Source: Takakia lepidozioides
Taxonomy: Eukaryota > Plantae > Bryophyta
NCBI GenBank assembly: GCA_030704615.1
Contig: CM060731.1
Coordinates: 39,928,001-39,992,000 of the forward strand
Reading direction: 5' to 3'
DNA: 64,000 bases
The notes under the pieces were generated by a model, which saw nothing but the letters and a program-made list of their open reading frames with translations, was not told the DNA's origin and made no database searches. Below are positions 52,907-64,000 of the stretch, in pieces. The position numbers and the translations under genes were made by a program. The first letter of the stretch is position 1. Each line of letters starts with the position of its first letter.

Positions 52907-54092
52907 CAGTGTTGGGAGGATACCCTTTTTCTGCCATTATACCCTGAGGGTAAAACCCAATAAGGGTATATGGATATACCCTACCTTGGAAATTCCAAAA
53001 TACCCTTACCCTACCCTTGTGAGGGGTAATTATTTTTGTTATACCCTTAATGGATTATACCTTGGGGTTTGAAAAAACGAAGGATACCTTTACCCTGAGG
53101 GTAAATCTGTTCAATGGCCGGGTAATAGGGAAGGGTATAATAATTTGATTACTAGGGGTTTAGGTTTAGGTGTGGTATTTGCTAGTAGAGAGGGCAAACA
53201 CTAGCATTTTTATTTATTTATTTTTCCCCCTTCGTTGGTCTTCCTCTTCGCAGCTTGTGCTCCAAGACCGATCTTTGCCACTCTCTCCTTGGAAAAAGCG
53301 TGTGCTAGTGGCGGCGACCGCTTTCTCTTTCTTCGGTACCCACCATTCTCTTATCTATGGTGCAAAGCGACCTCATTATGATCAAATGTGTTGTTTTGTT
53401 ATTATATTTTAGGGCCATTAGAGGAGCATAAATGAGGGCTAAAATTTTGCTATTCGCAAGCCACATAAAAAATAAACAAAAATATAAATAAAAGGCATAT
53501 CCCGTTAAATTCTATATAACGGGGATGTTATATAGTTGAAATGCTTCGTCTTGGTTAGGCCCTCTGGCAATTCCCTCCCCCCACCGAGGTTTTGGTTCTT
53601 AGTTAACTCCTGCTTTCCCCCCCAACCCCCTACCAGTGTTGGGTGTTCCCAATGTGATATGCCTTTACGGTCCCTTAGGAGGTTATTTTTTCCTCCTCTC
53701 TGTTCTCATTTTGCCACTCCAATAAAGTTTTTGTAGGGCCTATGTCCCTTTTATCAAAAAAAAAGAAGAAGCTTTATTCTAAGTATTTAATAAAATTCAC
53801 AAATAAAATTTAAAAAATTAATTTACCCTTTATAATTACCCTAGGATATCCTGAGGATATAAAAATGGTACTATTATCGTGCAATTACCCTTACCCTCAT
53901 GGTATATGTGGCACCCAATACCCTTACCCTGAGGGTAAATGTTTACCAAAAATTTATTTATATCCTTACCCGGAGGGTAAATGTGTTCAAAAAAAAGATT
54001 ATACCCTTACCCTGAGGATAAGTTTGACCCCCAAAATCATGTAATACCCTTACCCTGAGGGTAGAAAAAATCAATATACCCTCCCAACACTG
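52907..54092. mobile_element. Intact non-autonomous hAT element, 1186 bp
   Basis: TIRs cagtgttgggagg / cctcccaacactg, perfect 8-bp TSD CTACATAC, subterminal tacccttaccctgagggta repeats at both ends. Confidence 0.92.
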
Positions 54093-54648
54093 CTACATAC
54101 CCAAACACCACACAAACATTCAATATTCAGTTCATCTCCATGCAACTTTAGTCACCCTCAGTAAACTTTTCCTTCAGTCCACTCATAAGGCTTCCCTGAC
54201 AACTCCATTTGCTAAAAGCCTAATAGAATCACCATGATAGCTTTCAAGGAGATCAAATAGCAATGGATATAGTATCTTAGCAGAACAATGATCCATGATG
54301 AGGGTCAGTGATATAATTTGGAATTTTCCACTTGGCCTGAAACAAAAAAAGTAATTGTGTTCATCATGTGACAACTAATTCAGCATGTGGCAAACTACCA
54401 CGTCAGTATATGTGCTGCTGCCTTTCAGTTCAAAAAATGTTTGAGAACAACATTCTCAACCGCAAAATTTTCTTAAACTACTGACCTTTACATTGGCAGT
54501 CAATGATTTACCTGGATTCATCAACACAATAGTTGGTAAAAACTGCGATCTAGTTGACAGAACCAATGTACCAGACGCATAAGAGAGACAAACTTCCCCA
54601 GCGCGAAGTCAAACTGTCCTTTCATTGGGTGTTGCCAGTGTACCCATA

Positions 54649-57600
54649 CACTATAACAGATGAGCGTTTTTATGACTGCACATATGACTATTTTTTCAGT
54701 CCTATATGCGTTCATGACTACATCACTTTGTAGTGAAAAAAACCCTGTCATAACGATTGCGTTTTGCAAGTCATAGCCGTGACTACGTGCGTGACACCTG
54801 GAGTCATGCATAAGAGAGTGATGTAGTCACAACTCTATGACTTACATATGACTAACTATATGACTACATTGTCTGTTGAGCGTTGCCTACATGGAGAGGC
54901 TTTAGAGGAACACGTGCACCACTGCGCAAGCGACACGTCACGACACCTGTTGCACTTCAGATATGACATGTGGCACTTAGACAGAATATATGACTACTTA
55001 TCTTTACACGTGTTGAAAATATGGATTAAAGAATGTCGTGTCATACAATGCTACGTGTTCTAGCTCGAGCAGGGTTTATGCCACGTGTCATTAAGAATGT
55101 ATCTGAAAATAATTTAATAGTTTATATTTATAATTTTAATTTTATATTTTATTTTTGAAAACAGGAGGATAGCAGCTTGGAAGATTTTATTAAATGGTAT
55201 TATTGTTTAATTTAATAATAATATAAAATAAAAATAGATTAAATGATTTAAATTCTTCATTACATGATGAAATTTCGATATAAAAACAGAATGGACCCCT
55301 CCTGCATACTGGCAACCACAAGGTTCAAAAATCCATGCTTGAAAAGGCCCAGTAAGCAAAAAATAAGCAAGCCCACACATGGGCTGAATTATTGTAGTAC
55401 TAGTTTGTTCTGGTGCTACTAGAATCAAGGACCATGTTAAACAGTGCAATACTTACAGCCAATTCTGATAAGAGGGAAAACAGGGTGAAATGTGTTGAAG
55501 AAGGTGCCTTGATTAACAGTGCCTGATTTGATCAATTGTGCCGCTGCTGCTGTGGCTTCCAGTTGACCATCTACCCATGCAGGTTTCTTGTACATATCCT
55601 TTCACAGGGAATCATAGGTAATCTGGAGCTTGAAATCCGGCCCTCTTGGATGAATCTGGACCCACACTCTATCCCTACTCCTTCAGCTATCCATGCCCCT
55701 GCACAAATCATGCATACATCCCCGCCTTGCTGCCAGCAGCTGACAATGACAGCCTAGAATTACTTGAGCAAACACCCCAACCCTACGTATCACACAAGTT
55801 CTTATGTTGACTTGCGTCTGCTTCCAACAGGCATTCACTTTTTGCCTCGATTGTTCCACCATTGACTGAGGTTGGAAACATATTCATCCCAGAGCTTCGC
55901 CTCGAGTATCTATTATCTATTTTCGATACTTTCCAGTCAACCACATTGGCAGTAACATATCATGCATACATCCTTGCCGTGCTGCTAGCAGCCGACAAAT
56001 AACAGCCTAGATTTGTTTTAGGAAACACCCAACTCACATTATCACCTCACACCAGTTCCACAAACGTGATGTGGTTGGGCTTCACCCCTTCGCACATCAT
56101 TTGCTCATGGGTCTCCAAAGCCTCCATCCCGTACTCTTGCTGTGCATATCCTGCAATCATCGCACTCCACGACACCACATCTTGTTCAGCCATAGTGTTG
56201 AACACTCATGTTGCATCCTCGATGCACCCACATTTTGCATACATGTCCACCAGGATATTGTTCAAAATGACATTTGGTACAATTCTAGCCCTGACGATGT
56301 CGCCATGGACCTCTTTGCCCTTTTCCAGAGCTACCAGGGTTGTGTTCAGAATGACTTTTGGTACAATTCCAGCTTTGATGATGTCACCATGCACCTCTTT
56401 GCCTTTTTCCAGGGCTGTCAGGCTTGCACAAGCATTGCAAGTGCACACAAACGTGATGTGGTCGGGCTTCACCCCTTCGCACATCATTTGCTCATACGTC
56501 TCCAAAGCCTCCATCCCGCGCCCTTGCTGTGCATTCCTTGCGAGCATAGCACTCCACGACACCACATTTCGTTCAGCCATATTGTTGAACACTCCATTTG
56601 CATCCTCGATGCTCCCACATTTGGCATACATGTCCACCAGGGCAGTGTTCAGGAACACATCTGGTACGATTCCAGCTCTGACGATGTCGCCATGCACCTC
56701 TTTGCCCTTTTCCAGGGCTACCAGGCTTGCACACGCATTGCAAACGCACACAAATGTGATGTGGTCGGGCTTCATCCCTTCACACATCATTTGCTTATAC
56801 GTTTCCAAAAGCTTCTCCTCACCTCTGTTATATGTTTTTGGATACTTCCCTGCTGTCATACTGGCAGTAACTTGCCAAAGTCACTCCAAGCCGCCACAGA
56901 TTTACCCAACGACCTAACTTACAGAATTCAATATGCATCTTGCGGCCGAGTCTGATGAGAGGGCAACACAAGCTGAAATAGGTTGAAGAAGAAGGTGCCC
57001 TCACCACATTGTCCTTGACCTTGTGTCCTGACCCATGGAGGATTTGACCGACCATCAACCCAAAAGGACGTCTTGTGTGTGCTGCTTGTGTCTGTAGTCA
57101 AGTAATGTCGGATTGGTCTGTGAGATCGAACCACTACGGCGTAGCTGAGTAGGCAGAGATTGAAACACGCTTGCTAAGACCAAGCTACTCTCCCAAGAAC
57201 GGCGAGCTTCTCCTCGTCTCTCCTCCTCCTCTTCTCCTTCCTGCATCATTTGCTCAACAACTCCATCCCACGCCCCTGCATATCCTGCTATCATCGCGTT
57301 CCATCCCTCGGCTACATGGTATAGCGTAGGAGACAAGAAAAACACAAAGTCCCAGCCTTTCTCTCTGTTCACGATTACCCTAATGGGCAACCTTATTAGC
57401 ATTATATGTACCTTCAAAATGACACGTGTAGTGATGTTGTAGTATAAATAGAGATGTGAAACCATCTTCAGTCATGGAGTCATAAGATTCCATGAAACGT
57501 CATCCACGTGTAGTCAAACATATCACACTAGTCATATAAACCATCCCTGTCATCATGGTCAACAATGTTTGACCAATGCTCCCTAACTTTCCGGAGTCAT

Positions 57601-57734
57601 GTAGTAATATCCATTACTACAGAGTCATAAAACTATGACTGTAACGTATTTCAGCGCTCTGTAGTCGTCTACCTAGTGCAGTTTTTATGACTCCGCCAAA
57701 GCCGTAGTCCTAAAAATGCTCATATCTTGTAGTG
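54649..57734. mobile_element. Non-autonomous Pack-CACTA element carrying PPR gene fragments, 3086 bp
   Basis: TIRs cactataacagatgagcgtttttatgactgc / gtagtcctaaaaatgctcatatcttgtagtg, 3-bp TSD ATA, atgact/agtcat subterminal repeats. The empty site ccc-ATA-aaagcc is at 58135-58146. Confidence 0.92.
56050..56815 (-). pseudogene. Captured PLS-PPR repeat fragment (no E/DYW domain)
   Basis: P-L-S motifs ([45 protein letters not shown]), an in-frame internal deletion and a premature stop at 56206. A further P-motif scrap WNAMIAGY lies at about 57240-57303. Confidence 0.9.
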
Positions 57735-58679
57735 ATAAAAGCCATGACTGAGCAATAGCTTCTGCCATTACCCATACAGTGGTGATTGGTCCTAACCATA
57801 CTCATATACAATATAGATAGTGTGGATGTTAGAGACATAGTGAGAGACACAGCTGCCTAGGGAAGTCCACTGTAAATTTCTATGAATACAAAACGACAAA
57901 GTAAACAGCAGTCAATGGTTTGCCATACGTGGATGGAACCAAAATAGATAAACCATGGCTGGAGCGAGCTTCACATTGGCAATCAATGATTTACCTGGAT
58001 TCATCAACACAATAGTTGGTAAAAACTGTGATCTAGTTGACAGAACCAATGTACCAATCGACGCATAAGAGAGACAGTAATAAACTTCCTAGTGCGAAGT
58101 CAGACTGTCCTTTCATTGGGTGTTGCCAGTGTATCCCATAAAAGCCATGACTGAGCAATAGCTTCTGCCATTACCCATACAATGGTAATTGATCCTAACC
58201 ATACTCATATACAATACTGTAGATACTGTGGATGTTAGAGACACTTATTGGCAGCTGCCTGGGGAAGTTCAGTGTAAATTTCTAGCTAGAAGACAAAACG
58301 ACAAAGTAAACAGCAGTCAATGGTTTGCCATATGTGGATGGAACCAAAATAGATAAACCATGGCTGGAGCATTTCACGAAGGTGGCAGAGTTACAGATCT
58401 TGTCTTTCAAGTTGGGAACTTTTTAACCCCATGGAATAAGTTTGAAGGGACCATCAAGAGAAACTGCTAATTGTGGGCAGGTGTGGGGCTCCTGTTGAGC
58501 ACCAAATCAACTTCCACGAGAGGATCCTGCAGTTGAGGGCTTAAGGGTTAATTGCCCGACTTCCAGCTTGACAGGTATGCTGACATGCCATAAGTGAATG
58601 CTCATGTCATGTACTGGACAGTTCTCATGATCATCGAACAATACATCATGTTCCAAACGGATTGGAGCACCCCTTTCTC

Positions 58680-61600
58680 TGTTGGAGTTACAGTTCGTCA
58701 TTAGTTACTAATTACTTACTGTCGAGAGTAATCTCTGATGTGACTAGATAGAATGATTAGCTGAACAGGCTACAGCTGTTCTGCATGAACCGTGGGTGAC
58801 TGCTGACATGCCGCTTGGCAATTGGTTTTTGAACTGCTGATTCAAAGTGGGCCGCCGCCACTATTTTGAGTATATAGGGTGCAGGCTGTCCAAAGTACGA
58901 TGATGGATGCAGAGGTACACATAGAGTGTAGTATCAAGGGTTAAGCATCACGGTGTCTTCACAATGATCAATAAAAGTACTCTAGCTTATTCCAACTAAG
59001 TCTTGTGGTTGTCACTGCTCTGATATAGTAGCGTTATTTTCCTAAAGGTTACGGGCCCACGTTTGCTGAAGCTGTAGGAATTAGTGATGACGTCCAAGGC
59101 ATAGAGATCAAGGAGTTGAGTAATATTGAGAGGTTTGATGGAGATAACTTCCAACTTTGGAAGTTCAAGATGCAGGTGGTTTTCAGATCGAAGAAACTGC
59201 TTAGTCTAGTCAAGGGAGTGGAGACTAGAGCGATTACCGAGAATGAGGAGGAATGGGATGAGAGACAATGCAGCTACTATGCTCATATGTTCAGCAGTAA
59301 ACAGGAAATACTTACAACAGTTGATCAATTGTAAATCTGTTGCGCTCATGTGGAACAAGTTGAAGTTAGTACATGAGCAGAACGCAAGTGAGAACATCCA
59401 CATCCTTCAACAATTTAAGTTCTTTGAGTACAGAATGAGAGAGAACGATGATATTTCGACTCATATTAGTACCATTGAGTGACCTAGGAGAGGCCACTTC
59501 AGAGAGAGCTGTGATTACAAAGATTGTGTGTGGTCTGCCGCCTAGTTACAGGCATCTTTTATCAGCGTGGGATAGTGTACTTCCTGAGAATAGAACATTG
59601 GAGAATCTAACATCGAGGCTCCTGAAGAAAGAGTCATTGAATGAAGAATGAGGGAATGCCGATGAGCAAGGAGATAGAGCTTTCTTCACGAGAAAAGGAA
59701 GTAGACTGCAAGAGAGACTGTTTGAGGAGCAGAAAAAGCAGTGCAATGAGAGAATCAATGAGCTTAAGAAGAGAACCAGATGTAATAATTGTGGAGAGAA
59801 AGGCCACTGGGAGAGAGAATGTCCAAAGAAGAAGAGGGAGATCGATCCTGGAAGTAGTAGTGAGGTCAATCAAACTTCAGCCGATGTAAGCACAGAAGAA
59901 GGAAGAGCCTACATAGCAGTATCCAAGGCTTTTGTTGTCATCAATGATAGAGATGACAGTTTAAATATCAAAGGAGAGTTTATTTTTGCACTCGCCTATG
60001 ATGAAGGTGACAATATCTGGTATGCCGACGGTGGAGCAACTGAGCACATGACAGATAAGTTGAGATGGTTCAAGAATCTCAAGAGTGTTGAAGAAGTCGA
60101 TGGCCTGTGGCTGTTGCTGATGATCGACAAATTTGGGGAGTTAGAGGAGTTGGTGACATTGATGTCAAGTGCTACGTACACGGCCAATGGGAGTATGTGA
60201 CTTTGATGGGAGTATTATATGTACCTAGATTGTGCAGAAACTTGTTCTCAACGGGTCAGGCTGCAGACAAAGGTCTAGTGACGGTCTCAGGGAAGATAGA
60301 GTGTCAACTGATAGACAAAGACGGTACAGGCAAGGTGGTCATGACTAGTAAGAGAGATGGAATGTTATATAAACTTCTGATAGAAGTGGTCACACCAACT
60401 AGTCAGTCAAATTGTGGGAAGAGAGGATAACCAACGCCAGAGCCTATATTGGCGAACTCCAGCCGAGAAAGAGTCTCAAACTCTGGCACCATAGATTTGG
60501 TCACATGAATTGTAACATGCTGATCAAGATGTCTAAGATAGGCATGGTAGAAGGACTGAATATCCGTGAAGGAGAGACGGAGGTGAGCTTTTGTGAAGGC
60601 TGTGTACGTGGCAAAAATCACAGATAGGTTTTCCCAATGAGAGTAGAGCGAAGGCTACAGCTTCGGGAAAACTATTGCACACAGACGTGTGTGGCCCTAT
60701 GCATGTAGTATCACAGGGATGAACCAGATATTTTTTCTTTTTAAGGACGACTTCTCTAATTATAGAGTCATATATTGTGTGAGCAAGAAGTCAGATGTCT
60801 TTGACTGTGTAAGAGACATGGTAAAGAAGACGAGCAGAGAGACTGGTCAGAGAGTTAAGAGATTAAGGAGTGACACATGAGGGGAATACGTTAGTGAGAA
60901 GATGAGGAAATATCTTGATGATCAAGATATTTTTCATGAGATGAGTGCTCCCTATTCACCGGAGCAGAATGGTTTCTCAGAAAGAGAGAATAGAACCATA
61001 GTTGAGTCTGCAAGGAGTATGTTGCATGCAAGTGGAATGGATCTGAAATTTTGGGCTGAAGCCATGCATACAGCCGTGTATGTGTTGAATAGGTCAGGAA
61101 ACCGAACACTAAGTGGTGTTACGCCAGTGGAAGCGTGGAAGCGTGGAAGGGAATCAAGCCATCAGTGGCACATTTAAGAGTTTTTGGATACGAAACTTTT
61201 GTGTTCATTCCAAAGAGCTTAAGGCACAAACTCGAGTCTAAGAGTAAGAAATGTCTGTTTCTTGGTTACTGTAGCGAGAGCAAAGCCTACAGAATGTGGG
61301 AACCTGTGTCAAGAAAGGTTGTCATTAGTAGAGATGTAGTCTTCAATGAAGACATAATCTCATAACGTTTTGGTGGAGAGAATGCAGCAATAGAGACTGA
61401 GGGAAAGTTTTCAGAAAATGAATGCATGGATCCTTCAGTTGGTTCCACAATCACATTAATTGAGTTACCAGGAGCAAGAGAACACGACCAAGTGTCACTG
61501 AGGAGGTCCAGTTACAAGATATTACAGAACCAAATGAAGGAGTGGGAGAAATGAATGAAGAATTATGAGATACAAGAGTTTCAGGTGGTGCTGCCTATTG

Positions 61601-62745
61601 AGGAAGAAGCCTCAGTACATCAGAATCCACATGTACCTGTGAATCATCACAGTGGAACGTCAAGAAGAGGACGAAATGTGCAGCCACCACAAAGGTATGA
61701 AGACTGGTGTTATCAGATAAGCAGTGTTGTTTCAGAGTTGTGTGCTTATGCTGCACAAACTGAACTGACGGATGAGCCACAAAGTCTAGATGAGGCTTTG
61801 AAGTCAGAATGTAGCATCCATTGGCTAGCTGCAATGGGAGACGAGTATAACTCTTTTGATGAAGAATTGGACATGGGATTTGGTTGATTTGCCGCTAGGA
61901 AAGAAACCTATTCATTGTAAGTGGGTGTTTAAGTTGAAAGTCAATCTTGATGGAAGTGTGGAGCGGTATAAGGCTAGGCTAGTGGCCAAAGGATTTTCTC
62001 AGCAGAGAGGCATTGACTTTGGAGTGACGTTTTCTACGGTCGTCAAGTTTGATTCTATCATGACTGTATTGGCCATAGTAGCGAGTGAAGATCTCGAGGT
62101 TTTACAGTTTGATATAAAGACAACGTTCCTAAATAGAGATCTAGAAGAAGAGATCTATATGATGCAGCCACCATGCTTTGAGGAGGAGGGCAATGAAACT
62201 AAGGTTTGCAGGCTACTGAAAAGCCTTTATGGCTTAAGGCAGGCATCAAGAATGTGGAACAAGAGATTCAATGAGTTTCTAGTCAAATACAAGTTGGTTC
62301 CGAGTCTTGCTGATCCATGTGTATATCTCAGTGCCACGTCTCCAAGGTTGATTGTGATGTCCAATATTTGTTGATGACAGACTGGTTTGTGGAAAACAAG
62401 TTGCAGCAATGGACGAAATGGTACAAGAGATGAATGAGGTCTTTGAGGCCACAACTGGACCATGAGAAGTGTATGTTGGTCTACATATTACACGAAATAG
62501 AGATGAGAGGCTCTTATACGTGGATCATGCTCAGTATGTCAGAAGAATGATAAAAAAAATTGGCTTTGAAGATGCTAATCCAATTGCTACTCCAGCGGAT
62601 CTGAACGTACATCTTTACAGTGAAGGAGATTTCAATACTAGTCTCCACGATGAGCCAGCAATTGTCAATTTCCCTTACACAGAGATTGTAGGGAGTTTAA
62701 TGTTTGCGGCAATTGGCTCTAGACCAGACATCTCACATGTAGTGA
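58680..62745 (+). mobile_element. Degenerate Ty1/copia retrotransposon, 3'-truncated
   Basis: 5' LTR about 58680-59046, PBS ggttacgggccca, gag (FDGDNFQLWKF, zinc knuckle CNNCGEKGHWEREC), protease WYADGGATEHM, integrase (LWHHRFGH, PEQNGFSERENR), RT (YKARLVAKGFSQ, LYGLRQA, FVDD, RPDI). Many frameshifts and stops. Confidence 0.93.
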
Positions 62746-62869
62746 CGGTTTGCAACTACCTCACAGGGTAGAGATGGTATCCTACTCCATCACATACACG
62801 TGTATATATGTACATACATATAGATGTATACATATATTAAAATGTGGTGCAGGTATTCATATTACCAAG

Positions 62870-63420
62870 CGTCGGGCCTGTCCAGCCAACCCTGCTCTTC
62901 CAACCCTCGATGGGTTGGTAACATTGGATCGTGCTCTCTTCATGTTCTCACTCTCTTTCTTGCCCTTGGGGGACTCCCAGTACTTCACCAATGCATCCCA
63001 ATGGCAGGACTCTACACTCAGAGGGCATGGACCTCCAACCTTTCACACCATCTTTAACTTTTGGCAGTGTACTTTTATAATCCTCCCACATGCTTTCTGG
63101 AACTTGTCAACGCTCATAAGTTTAGGATAGTACTCAAAATCCTCGTCTATGGATTCCTTAACCTTGGCCATGTCACTGGGTTCTTGCTTGTCTGCTAGCA
63201 AAATGCTAGGATCAAGATATCTGATGCAGAGTCTCCGCAAGGATCTCTGCCAGTAATCCTTCCCCTCACACCCCTTTAGAGTTTAATTGTACCTTGTGCG
63301 GCTTCAGCCCAACAGATTTGCGGGCTTTTGCATCAGTTTCATGTTCATTTGCGGCCAGCCTTTTTTGCCTTTTTTTGTTTGCAGCCTGCGACACAACATC
63401 CCCTTGTTGTGTGGAATCTT
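62870..63420 (-). pseudogene. CACTA/En-Spm TnpA (Ptta)-like protein remnant
   Basis: Reverse strand HWDALVKYWESPKGKKESENMKRARSNVTNPSRVGRAG resembles the Transposase_24 motif. Stops and frameshifts are present. Confidence 0.55.
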
Positions 63421-64000
63421 GATCATCACCAGCAGGGGGGGTGAATGGAGGAGTAACACCATTAAAAGGGGGCCCTACCCACTGCCCACCAGTGGCGTTG
63501 CATGGAGGGCCCAAGTTTGGGCACCTCTTTGTACCCAAGCTCCTTGGGGTCCTCCATTGGATCCACTTGGAATCCATGACCACGTGTTCATCATTTGTGG
63601 AGGGGCCATGGGCTCCTGCCAGGTAGGTGGTACTTTACTGATGACATAATGACATAAGCTAGGACAAAACAGATATCATGATGTTTCATGATATAGTTTT
63701 TGTTCTAAAATAGTTTATCAGTTTTCTTGCTTACTTTTTTTTCGAGTAAGAACTTTATAGTACCTAGCAAGGTGTATCAGGACCAGGTTTAGGCCATGGA
63801 ATAATATCTTAAGGTACCATGACAGGCTGGTTGTAGGACCATATCAGCTAATGTTTTAGAATCCATTTTCTGCATATGTCATTTCCTCAAACCCACTGCT
63901 AGCCTGAAGGTAATCATAGCAGTGCAAACATACAAGCAAGCACTACTCGCAAGAACATGGCTATCTGAGTCACTGTAAGTAGATGCATTTCATGAGCCAT

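Larger units (their letters stand above)
54490..58370. repeat. About 400-bp tandem duplication; the first copy is split by the CACTA insertion
   Basis: 54490-54648 joined to 57738-57965 reconstitutes a copy of 57973-58370. Confidence 0.9.

Noticed and set aside
56066-56955. Long + strand ORFs (283 and 294 aa), and similar + strand ORFs over 42667-44594
   Set aside because: Antisense shadows of the repetitive PPR coding strand.
56950-56985. Hammerhead ribozyme-like CTGATGA...GAAA (also 11639 and 42788)
   Set aside because: No convincing stem II closing pair or stems I/III. One instance is antisense PPR coding sequence.

Overview
Eukaryotic plant nuclear DNA, most likely from a non-seed plant (moss/bryophyte-like; inferred from the PLS-DYW PPR style, the half-tRNA-primed Copia element and the G-rich intron ends). 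Three intact or near-intact genes sit among nested transposon debris: a 10-exon thermospermine synthase (ACL5-like, + strand, 21802-26501, 348 aa), a convergent 7-exon nuclear poly(A)-binding protein (PABN/PABPN1-like, - strand, 29301-32466, 221 aa) and a single-ORF PLS-E1-E2-DYW PPR RNA-editing factor (- strand, 42615 to about 44660, no visible start or targeting peptide). Mobile elements resolved by their ends are two TTAA-flanked piggyBac-like MITEs, a two-copy tRNA-derived SINE, two solo LTRs with perfect 5-bp TSDs, hAT MITEs, a 1.25-kb foldback element with arrays of a 16-bp palindrome, and a degenerate 3'-truncated Ty1/copia element. LINE, MULE and CACTA protein remnants are also present. 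The most striking feature is a 3.1-kb Pack-CACTA element (54649-57734, ATA TSD, empty site preserved in the neighbouring duplicate). It carries captured and internally rearranged PLS-PPR repeats, suggesting a transposon route for dispersing and shuffling RNA-editing specificity modules. All calls come from reading the sequence by eye; no searches were run.
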